Positions 37,561-48,400 of a DNA stretch of 64,000 nucleotides are shown here, piece after piece; positions within the stretch are counted from its first letter, which is position 1; the number at the start of each line of letters is the position of its first letter. Source of the stretch: Carcharhinus amblyrhynchos. Taxonomy: Eukaryota. A program made the translations under genes and the position numbers. Under the pieces are notes generated by a model. That model was given only the letters and a program-made list of their open reading frames with translations, ran no database searches and was not told where the DNA came from. Where the stretch lies: NCBI GenBank assembly GCA_965287045.1, contig OZ336879.1, positions 62,124,001 to 62,188,000 on the forward strand. Direction: 5' to 3'.

Positions 37561-40490
37561 CGTTTTATGTCTTTTTTTAAAATTACGTATACGAGTTCAA
37601 TTGTGGTTCAAGGTTCTGGTGTCACACAAGCCGTGAGTGCGTGCTCCTATGTCTCCTCTTTCCGGGTAAGCTATTCAAACATGAGGCACCTTTATGTGTT
37701 CGCTCTTTTGAAGTCTAGGTATGCCATTTAACTATTTATTTCAGCTCCATTCTAGTTTCTTACAGAAACTGGCCACCCATTTCGATGATGTGTTGGTTCA
37801 TTTAAAATTCCATATATGCTCACCCAACATTTCCCCGAGAGAAGCTGTGAAGAAGTGAATCTCTCTGTTATTGCAAACTCTCGGCGTGTCATCTGTTCGA
37901 GGTGCATGGGTGGTTTAATATTTGGCCAACTCTCAAGCCTATTTTGTGTAGTTTTTTTTGTAGATTTTAGGTTAATAATATGTTGCAATGCACTCGGGAT
38001 GTTCGGACCTTCGTTGTATGGATTTGAGTTTTCATATTATTTGAGTGCTTATCTCTTTCTGAATCACACTGATTACAACACATTGCATTTTCCCCGTCCC
38101 CCCAGGTTATTGCCCGTGTCTTTGCTGACAGGCTACACTCTTCTGACTCTGTGGCCCATATTCGGCAGCTGCAGCTGTCAAGCCTTTCTCCTGGTCCGTG
38201 CTTGAAGTCATTGGATGCTGGGGTGCCCTATTTCGAATATGGACTGTACCCCCATGTACTTATGGTTTGGCGTGGTTGCAGTGAAGTTCGGGTGAGGTCC
38301 AAGACTTGAGATAATGTAGGTTTTAGTGTTTATCTTAAGAGAACAGGTTACTTTGGCTTTCCCTTTCTCGGCAATCCAATTTTATTAGGATTTACTATCA
38401 TTTGTGCGCGGGAATCCCTCGGGAAATAATGCTTTGATTAATGTAATCCTAGGCAGGGATACGCCACATGCCCAGCTCCCAGGGGATGAGCCCTGTTTGA
38501 CAAACAAAAACAGTACAGCCACGCCGAGTGCAACTATTACAATCCGCACCCCACTCCCGGAGACGCACTGGAACATTTGAACAATGAGCAGAAGTAAAAG
38601 GGCAGCCACCGAGGCTGCAGCTGACTGCGGGGGTACAGAACCGCAAGCCCACATTTAACCGGTCAATTCACAGAAAAACTGCAACAAAAAGATCCACCGG
38701 CTTAATACATGTTCCAAATCCCTCACCGGCTGCGTTTGATAAGAAAGGGGGCACATTTGAATTTTTGGGCTAATATCACCCGTCAAAGAACCTTGCAACC
38801 GCTGTATTTAAAATAAGAACCCTTGTATTTATACAAGAATAATGTTCATATCCAAATGCCACGTGAGAAGCAGCAGTCACATGGCGGGTAATATGCACGT
38901 CCCAATATCAAATCAATGCAAAGGTTTCAATAAGAAGCAAATACAATTCATTCGGCAGGTGTTCCAAATCCCGTCACCAGCAAGTGAACCAGAAACCGCG
39001 TGTAAAATACCAAAAACAACGCATAGTTATTCAGTTCCGACTACTGCACGCCGTCATTGGCACCACACAGGCTAATGTAATAATTCAAGCTATGTCAAAA
39101 TGCACAGGGCCGCTGGGAGACATAATACGAATGGGTGACATACACATCCTGATCTTGAAACAATTGAAATATGTCCCCGGATAGATGTTATCTGGATTCA
39201 GCTATCATCCAATGTAAACTCTAATACAAAACCAATATAAATACAGCCAAGAAACTGGAATGAGTGATAAGCATATTCTAACATGAAACCAGGACACAAC
39301 AAAGCACCCAGAGCAGTCACGCTGCCATCTACAACCAGAACCCCATTCTTCAAAATAACATTCACGCTGTCCATGACATAAACCATCTTTTGCCAGCCGG
39401 ATTTATTCCCTTTAATATATGCTAAGCGCTCACTGCTCCATGCAAGAAAACACGGTCATATCGAAAACAGCAGCAATCCAAATTAACATCGAACATGCTA
39501 AGATCCGTGTCTGTGTCGACCAGTTGCGGCCCTGGTCATTTATTATTTAACACCAAAACAATCTTCCATAAAGACTTCGCGGCTACACGGTTCCACGTTC
39601 GCCTTTCCCTTGTTTAAGAGTGAAAGCCCAAACGGTGGGGAGTTGGGGGGTGGGAAGGGAGGGAGGGAGGGAGAGGTTCACGTTAAGCAATGGGATGGAT
39701 ATCCGTGTACCCCTTCAGCAGAGAGGGGTTTGCTGCACACGTCCCAGTCTAACAATTCATAAAATCTAATGTACTGAAATGCAGTAAACATCTGGAATAT
39801 CACCAACAGTACGGGTTATCTCGCATGAAGGATCAGTCTGCATGTTCACTATTTTATTTCTTAACAATTCTGTAAGTAAATTTTATCTTTAAAAACATTA
39901 AAATATAGCATCACACAATAAGATGTTGATTCAGTTCAAAAAGCTTCCAGCTCATTGCCTGATTCGACCACTGCATACATCCATCGAAAAAGATTCACTC
40001 CAAAACTTTTCACAAAGCTGTGTACGAGAGTTTTATTACCTTACTCAAATGTTCCCCCTGAAACTTACCCCTAACCTGAAACGTGTTAGATGTGAAAGAC
40101 GCGAAGGACGTCTTCAATGTTCAAATCCTTCACATTTTCAGACTGTGCAAGTATAAAATAGAATTGTTGATAGTCAATGTAACGCGGGATTTAGATTCAA
40201 TATACGGTTTGGTGAATCAACAAGTACATTTGTGTGGCGACATTTCTTAGCAAGTCCCGAAAAGAGCGGAAATGGTTTACGTACTGATGTTTCAATACTT
40301 ACTTTCCCAAAATGCACGTTTGGAGTGAGCTCCTGTGGTCCAGTGGTCACATTTTCCCCCGGTCACTGGCATTCAATCAAAGCTACGGAAAGTTACAGAT
40401 TCAAAAGAAAGTTTGTCATAATTTATACTTGCTGCAATTTACCCTCATAGTGATATTTAACCCATAAATCTTAAAATGTTCATTCGTAAA

Positions 40491-40601
40491 TGCAATATGT
40501 ATCCATGCATACAATATATTGCAATATATATCCATGTATATAATACATTGCAATATATATCCATGTGTATAATACATTGCAAGATATACCCATGTATATA
40601 A
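40491..40601. repeat. 29-bp tandem repeat, ~3.8 copies
   Basis: Unit TGCAATATATATCCATGTATATAATACAT at 40491, 40520, 40549 and 40578. Confidence 0.9.
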
Positions 40602-43600
40602 CGGACTCCCAGAGAAAGTACCAATATTTCACACACACTGAACGAGAATATAAATATGTTTTTGCAAGACGGTTAGGTTGTATCAAAATGGTCATCCGAT
40701 AATCATACAAAAACTGCAGCAGTAAATGTAACGCGGATCTGCATCTTAAAGCAATACACAGTAACAACCTTGAAACTGCTGAATAAAACTTATTTTTAAA
40801 CAAACGATGCGTTCTGTAACAAGCATAAGGGCGCGCTTTTGCTTTATGATATCTTATTCCACTAAGTCTAGAGTCGTGCAAACATGTTGCAGGAGCTGAA
40901 TTCTTCCCTAACTTTTCCTCCGCCAAAAAGTAATTAGCGATGGTAAACCACCAAATCATCCCATTGTCGGGAACACCCGTAAGGTCAGACTGTTGGAGGG
41001 GTAACGACTTAAAATGGGAACAGTGGCGAAGATAAAACGATCCGGAAACAATAGGAACTATACCATTTGGAAATGTCTGTGAATTTATAGCGAGTATATT
41101 TTTCGTCTTCAATAGTTAATGAAACACAGCCAAATGTACTCCTATAAACGGTTTAGCCATACTTTGGGACACCGCTCGGTTCTCTGATCTCATCACTCGG
41201 AGTTGTGTTAGACGCATATTTAAAATCTAAGGTGCAAAACTCGTTGCCTCGCATGAAATGGGGCAAACCTTTACAGACAAGAGGAAAATCTTTAACTTCT
41301 CTTTGAAAGAAAATCTACGGCAGACGGACTGAGTCGTTGCAGAGACATGCACCGTCACAGAGTGGGCAATGGGGACAGTTGGTGCAAATAACGAACATCC
41401 CCAGAAAAGATACCTAATCTTAGAGGGGCCGAATCTCGTCTCTTCCCACGGCGACAGGCCTTTAAATAGTTACTACCGCAAGGTGCTCTTCGTCATTTTC
41501 CTCGCGAATACCACACTTCACAAGTCCTTTCCCCTCTTCCAATTCCACGTGTTTATATCAGTGTTTTGATATGAAAATTTAATTCAGTAGGGGTCACATG
41601 CTCAGCCAATCTTTACCAATCTCAGACTCGTCTAAGTCTACAGGTTTAAGAACACTTCGCCCGGTTTTCATCCCTCAAAAAGGAGTTGCTTGCCAAGAGC
41701 TCGCTTCTCCAGTCGAAATTAAAGTTTTAAATGGGATTTGTCACAAAACCATCACTATACTCAGTTATCCACGCTGCGATTGAGCATGAGAAAGTCCACT
41801 TCAACGTGCAACTTAACTCAGTGTGGACGCTCTGCCTTTCTTTAATATTCAAGCCAAGTGTTACAAAGTTAATTGGAAACTCTTTACAATCGGCTGGGGG
41901 TGAATTGAGATCGTGTAGGAAAAAAAATAAGTGGGTACTTTCCTTCCACCTTAAAACTTTAGACTAGAAGGCAAAACCGAGCTAGGTAATGAGTAACAGC
42001 ATTGATGAAAATACATATGTATCAAACCCTCATAACAACAACAAAAACTATTGCTTACAGTTCAAGTCGGGGGCAGGCTATTGCATGGAAGTGCCCCATT
42101 GAGGGGCTAGAAATTTCTCACTGGTCGCTATTTCTCCCGCCTGCGTTTTTTTTTTGGCTTTAGCATCTCTGTACTTAACAATAGATGTAATTTCAAATAG
42201 AAATCTTGCTCTCCCCATATATTTTCAATACAGGCTACATTAAATATTTTACTCATTTTTTAATATCATGGATCTGAAAATATTTATTTTTAAGGATCGC
42301 TAAAATTTCCTAGAGAAGTTGACAGATACGCTTTATAATTAAAATTGGAGATCAGGAATCACGCCCATTGCACTCCCTTTTGCATACATGGTTACTATTT
42401 TGACTTTTTTTAAGGCGTCACATTTCTCCTGTTTTTGTATAAACTAATTCTGTGGCTTCTTTTCTCTTCCCCCTCCATGACTGAACTCCGTTATTTCTCT
42501 TGCGCTATGCTCTGTCTTTTCACGCACGGCAGTGCTCCCTACCGCCCACAGCGTGCAAGAGCAGCATCTACCAAGCGCCGCATTTGCATTATGCGCTCCA
42601 GACTCCGCAACTTACAAAATTAACGGCACCCGGGGGGGAATAAACTATATGTTTTAAAATGTCAGAATTGGGAATGGAAGACGGCTACCTTTATTGACTA
42701 TATAGAGAGCTCTATACACTGACTTGGGGTCCCGAGCGTCCTTCCCGGCTGAAATGGAGTCCTTTATCTAAAGCCGAGTGCACAAACATATAGGTTAATG
42801 TGACCACTATTCTTTCCTTTTATTTGGTTCTCTATGGCAACGAAAATGCTGTGCGCAGAAATGCACCCCGTCAAGAAAACAAATGATCTTCGGGGAGCAG
42901 CTCTACATGGCATCTGTTCCAAAGGGGCACAGAGGGAAGTATGGAAGAAGGTAAGAGTGAAAATGTATGTGTGTGAGAGAGAGCGAGAGTGTGTGTGGAG
43001 GGGTGAAATAGAAAGGACTCTTGATGTGTTTGACAGAGAAAGGATTTACGTGCATGTGTGAAAGAGAGAAAAAAATAAAGACTGTAAGTGCGATGCAACA
43101 ATGTTAGAAAAATACTCATTTAAAAACTTGATTTTTTTGTGACTGCAAATTCCTTCGATCTGAAATACTTCGAGCTACCTTTGTCATTTTATAGTGAAAA
43201 CAGTGAAAAAAGACACTTAAATAAAGACTGTTATAGCAGTCTCGCTACACAAACACTTATGTTGTAAAGAAATCAATGTTTTAAAAAAAATTCAATCGCG
43301 CTGTGAAAATGGACATAAAATACCTTTTTTCAAAGCTGAAAACGGGCGTAAAATTCTGTATCGTTATATCTTTTAATGATACACACTACACGTGTCTGGG
43401 CGCGTATACATACAAATGTGTGTGTGCGTGAGTTTGTGTATTTAAGTAAGCTTGACATTCAAATTAATTCCACTCGTCACTACGCGAATCTTTTTTTGGA
43501 ATCAATAATGCGAAGTGCCTGGATTTAAAGACGGGAGCTGCGGAAGAGGACAACACAGTATGAAATGTCAGATTTGGAAAAATTTCTTTTTAACACTTGA

Positions 43601-45249
43601 CCTTGACAATCCAAGTGCTTCCGGTGTGCACCGAGCTTTACCTTTCTGTAGTCGATGGAAAGGAAAGTTGCCGAAGATGCTTTTAAATGTGGGGAGATGG
43701 CGGCCCTATTAGTTTAATGCCTGACGCTCGCACCACCCACCTCTCCGGAGACCTCATCCAAGTTCTCGTTAGTTCCTGATTGATCGGAATACCAGGGGCT
43801 CGGTTTATAGTGGCTGTGCTCTCGGTGCACGGAGTGCTCCGGTCTGCACGTCGGTTTCTGAGAGATCATTTGCAATGCTTTCGCGACCTGATTAATGCGA
43901 GAATCTCCTATTAATTGGGACCCTGCCGAGTGTTCTCGACTTAACGCGTTTCCCTCCACGGTGATAGTGAGGCAGATCAAAAATTTAGCACACACAAATA
44001 AAAACGAGCCCAATGTCCCCCGATCCTCAAATGCCCCAAAATCTAAAATCCAAATGAACCTATTAATAAAGCCTTTTGAGATAGGATACCAGACTTACCA
44101 ATGGGATGTTCGCTGTTCAAACCGTAAACAGTGTTGAAAAGTTTCGCATATTCGGAAGGTTTGCTTTGCTTTTTACCTTCGCTCCGAATGGATCCTCGCT
44201 AAGATGTGCCCTTGTACTGCCTCTACTGAGCCCGGCTCTCACTAGTCTATTATTTTCACCAAAATATATGAAAATTTATGCAAATGTAAATCAGTACAAA
44301 TTGCTCTCTGATGTTTTACTTTTTTTTCTTGGTGGGGAAACAAGCTTTAGAGGATCTTTTTTTTAAAAAAACAAGATATATTTTAGGTATTTTCCATCAG
44401 AACCATTCACTTTTAAGCTTTTAATGGGTAGAAATGTGGTCCTTTTAGGCGGCGCATTCCTGTTCCATTAGCCCACCTGAAACGCCTTTAAATGCGTGCA
44501 CTGTAAAATTCGTAGCAGTAATTTAGACAAAATCCTCACTGTATATTAATGAAAGAGGGCCCCATGGCACCGCTTCTATATTCCCTATTCAGTGTAAACA
44601 AAACCACGAGACTTGGTTTGAGAGTGGTCCAAGGAAAATCTGCTGGAGAGGAAACATGCTGTTGCGGCTCTGGCACAGACTATTCAGCGTCTGCACCTGG
44701 AGATCAGAGATTTAAATGAGATCTGTGTTACATCTCTGAACTCCTTGGCAGTCGCGGGAAAGCAATAAATTCTTACGGTTGGAGGGTCCATTCAGTCTTA
44801 AGACTCCAGAACAGCTCCACATATAAAACGGGTCTGCTAATCGCCAACAAATAGGTATTTTTTTAAGTATGTAGAAATCAAGCGTATGTAAACGTGCAAC
44901 ATCCCTTAAATTTCGAACCTCACACTGAAGTCTAAAGCTGTGCATTAGAGGGGAAGGCGGGCGGGGAGGGAGGGGGTGGTTTGTGCAGGGCTCAATGAAT
45001 CGCTCAGGCAGGAAACTGGCGCATTGGAAGTTTACGTTTCCAACGCAAACTGAGTCGGTCGAATTTCTTACTCTCTGAGACCAGACCAACTCAACTTGCC
45101 CGTTTGCAAATTGAACCGAAAAGTTTATTCATTCTGTTTAAGGGATGGTCAACTTGGTTGCTACTTTGGGAGGGAGAAAAAAAAACAATCTAGGTATTAT
45201 CTTGCTTCAGCAAGGCTGGCTGTTGTGGCAGCTTTTCTGCTTGGTCGCA

Positions 45250-45560
45250 TCTCTTCCCCCCACCCCCCCAATGTACCCACCGACACCCCCCCCCCACCCC
45301 CAGCCTCGCTCCCCTCCCCCCACCTACAGCAGCGACATTCCCCTAATTAAAAAGCAGCCAATCGGAACCGCCGGAAGGAAGCCTCTCGCCTGAGTGTCGC
45401 GGTGGGAAGGTGTCAATCACCCAGCGGGTAGCCAATCAGCGGGAGCCTCTGGCTGAACTTCCTCCTCTTTTTTTTGTGTGTGGCGAGCGAGCGGGCGCGG
45501 GGGGAGAGCGCGGCGAGGCGGCCGAGGTAAACACTGGCTATGTGAGGAGGGAGCTGTCAA
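45250..45560 (+). promoter_or_regulatory. POU3F3 proximal promoter (CpG-rich, CCAAT boxes)
   Basis: CCAAT at 45358 and 45432 (GCCAATC, NF-Y type), TAATTA at 45344, GC-rich CpG cluster, forkhead GTAAACA at 45527, MEIS-type CTGTCA at ~45554, C-runs at 45255-45321. The TSS cannot be determined from sequence. Confidence 0.65.
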
Positions 45561-45584
45561 ATCGCAGCTCTCCCAAGTCCCACC

Positions 45585-45812
45585 AGCAGCAAGCAAGCAA
45601 AGCAAAAGCAAAAGCAAAAGCAGCAGCAATCCCACACACAACAACAAAAACTCTCAACAACAACAACAAAAAGCAGTGCAAAAAAAACCAAAAAGAGGAA
45701 CTTTAAAAAAACAAAAAAAAACTCACTTTTTTTGTTATTTGTTATTTGTCTCTGGCAATCAAAACAACAGCAACTACAACAAAAAAAAGACAAGAGAGAA
45801 AGAGAGAGAGGG
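45585..45812 (+). repeat. 5' leader simple repeats (AGCAAA)n, (CAA)n, A-runs and (GA)n
   Basis: Directly visible upstream of the ATG. Confidence 0.8.
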
Positions 45813-45821
45813 GGAAAAGCC

Positions 45822-46085
45822 ATGGCGACAGCGACGTCCAATCCCTACATGGCCAGCAATAGTATCCTGTCCTCCAACTCTATCGTGCACAGTGATTCAG
45901 GCGGCATGCAGCAGGCGACCACGTACCGAGATCCCTCGAAAATGGTGCAGAGCGACTTCATGCAGGGGGCCATCGCCAGCAACGGCCACATGCTCAGCCA
46001 TGCACACCAGTGGGTGACGGCGCTGCCGCACACCGATGCGGGCTCTCCCTGGTCCTCGGCCATGGCCGGCAGCCCCCTGGGTCAA

Positions 46086-46120
<35 letters not shown>

Positions 46121-47006
46121 GCAACAGGACGTCAAGCCGTCGGTGCAGGTGGTGGGCCGGGACGAGCTGCACACGGGCGCCGCTCCCCTGCACCATCACC
46201 GCCCGCCTCACCTGCCGCCCCACCAGCCGTCACACGGCGGCCACCCGGCCGCCTGGGGGGCCACCACCACGGCTCACCTGCCGTCCATGGGCTCGGCCGT
46301 GCAGCCGCTCATCTACTCGCAGCCCGGCTTCACGGTGAACGGCATGCTGAGCCAGGCGGGCGCGCAGAGCCTGCACCCGGGCTTGAGGGACACGCCGGAG
46401 CTGGTGGACCACGGGCAGCAGCACCACAGCCACGAGCACTCGGACGAGGACACGCCGACCTCGGACGACCTGGAGCAGTTCGCCAAGCAGTTCAAGCAGA
46501 GGAGGATCAAGCTGGGCTTCACCCAGGCCGACGTGGGCTTGGCGCTGGGCACCCTGTACGGCAACGTCTTCTCCCAGACCACCATCTGCCGCTTCGAGGC
46601 GTTGCAGCTGAGCTTCAAGAACATGTGCAAGCTCAAGCCGCTGCTGAACAAGTGGCTGGAGGAGGCCGACTCGTCAACCGGCAGCCCCACCAGCATCGAC
46701 AAGATCGCGGCGCAGGGCAGGAAGCGAAAGAAGCGCACCTCCATCGAGGTGAGCGTCAAAGGAGCGCTGGAGAGCCACTTCTTGAAATGTCCCAAGCCCT
46801 CGGCGCAGGAGATCGCTTCCCTGGCGGACAGCCTGCAGTTAGAGAAAGAAGTGGTCCGAGTTTGGTTCTGCAATCGGAGGCAGAAGGAGAAACGCATGAC
46901 GCCGCCGGGAGGGGTGCAGCAGACGGACGATGTGTACTCACAGGTCGGCAATGTAAACGCCGACACACCACCCTCTCACCACGGACTACAAACCGCCGTA
47001 CAGTGA
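45822..47006 (+). CDS. POU3F3: POU domain class 3 transcription factor 3 (Brn1), intronless, 394 aa
   Basis: Strong Kozak GCCATGG. POU-specific domain ([29 protein letters not shown]..) and homeodomain ([25 protein letters not shown]). Paralog-diagnostic segments [38 protein letters not shown] and C-terminal [22 protein letters not shown] match POU3F3 rather than POU3F1, POU3F2 or POU3F4. Confidence 0.96.
46083..46127 (+). repeat. Coding CAG/CAA repeat encoding Q15
   Basis: CAA(CAG)5 CAA(CAG)6 CAA CAG. Confidence 0.97.
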
Positions 47007-48400
47007 AAGCAGAACATGCAACATAGGCTGTTTAGACTGGAATTTTTTTAAGGAAAAAAATTAAAAAATAAACAAGGACAAAACGAAATCAACAAGTTCA
47101 GGACTATCGCATTGATAGCAAGGTTTTCTACTGTGATTGTGAGGCTGGCGATTGCATTAGAATGAGTGCAACAAAACTGCAGATGTCTTTTCCTAAAAAA
47201 AAACAAAATTTGATCCCCCCCTTTCTCCTCCGCTCCCCCACCCCCCGGCTTGTGGTGATCGACAGGTGGACCCCCAGATACTTCCAGATAAGTGTGTCTA
47301 CATTTTGCCTGCTGTTTCAGAAAGAACTGGTTTATAAAATAATTTCAGATTGGGCCAAGAGAGATGGGATTGGCCGTGGACGCTGGAAAGTGCCTGGTGT
47401 ACTTCCAGAGGCTGTTTTTTTTTATTCCACCCCCCTGGCTCTATCAGGTGCATAGACAACACTGAAAGAGAAAACCGTTCATTCTGTTCTTTGAGATGCT
47501 GAAGACTATCCTTCATGCAAAGCACTGTAATCTGTAGGGGAGAGAGAGAGAAAAAAAGAGGTAATCCGTACTGACTATCAAAACAAAGACCGGTAAAAAG
47601 AAGGGGGTCTTAAAAATACGAAACTTCAGAGCAACATTAAACCTGCCAGGCAGGGGAAATTTCAAGAGAAAACAATTGAAAGGGTTGATCCAAAAATAAT
47701 GACAGATGGAACTTTCAGCAGCGAGGCTTGTTGGAAAAGACAAAAGAAAGACTAGGGGATTTGGGCGAGAAATCGTCCCAGATGTGGCTTTGATGATTGG
47801 TTCATTATATTGTGTTCGACCTCATTTCCCCCTTCCATCCCCCCAAAAAAAAACCTTCGTCCGAATGTTTTCTAATTTCATCTCCAGCCCATTGGAGTAG
47901 AAGCATTTTTTAATAAAAAAAGAAAAAGAGAGAAAAAAACCCTCCACCATCTGCAGCTGCACTTACTGAACTTTTCTTCTAAAAAAAACCATTGCCAAGT
48001 TGAATGAATGGGTGCTGTGGATGCGACTGTGTAAAACTGCCATTTCCAAGCAGTGTTCTTGGTAGGTTTCAATATAGACTTTTCAAAGGCGCAATATAGA
48101 GTCAGTAGATCAGTTACTGATCTAAAAATATTTACTTTATATTTTCATCAAAATTGACTTCTTTTAATATTTTATTCAGAATACCTATGAACTGCTGCAA
48201 AACGGTAATTTATTTTTTCCCCAGATCTTGTATTAGCTGTTTTCAAAACGAGCACAAATAAATGCGATGAAAAAATGGACAGTTGTTAGGTAATAAGGGT
48301 ATCTTTTGATGTGATAATTTGATTGTAATTTAATTTGAGTAGTGATTCCGTAAGAGATGATTCAAGAAATAAATTTGTTAGAGTCAAACGACTTTGTGGC
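47007..48400 (+). other. Probable POU3F3 3' UTR with alternative poly(A) signals
   Basis: Repeat-free AU-rich sequence with AATAAA at 47067, 47912, 48257 and 48368. The last is followed by GT-rich sequence. True 3' end unknown. Confidence 0.5.

Noticed and set aside
40491-40601. CRISPR-like periodicity (29-bp unit; also the 18.3-kb array)
   Set aside because: The 29-bp units are contiguous with no spacers, the 18.3-kb linkers are low-complexity, there are no cas genes, and the context is eukaryotic.
40480-41112. 210-aa minus-strand ORF
   Set aside because: No recognisable homology, non-ATG start, and the C-terminus is the 29-bp tandem repeat.
45732-45821. ORF-track start at TTG giving a 424-aa protein
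   Set aside because: The homologous N-terminus (MATA.SNPY) and strong Kozak context are at ATG 45822, and the extension is low-complexity. It is kept only as a low-interest finding.
45822-47006. Assignment to POU3F2 (because of polyQ) or POU3F4, or to a retrocopy
   Set aside because: N- and C-terminal diagnostic motifs match POU3F3. Class III POU genes are natively intronless, and the ORF is intact with a promoter.
46010-47026. 338-aa alternative-frame ORF and 217-aa antisense ORF (46313-46966) overlapping POU3F3
   Set aside because: Expected shadows of a GC3-rich CDS, with no recognisable domain or independent signals.
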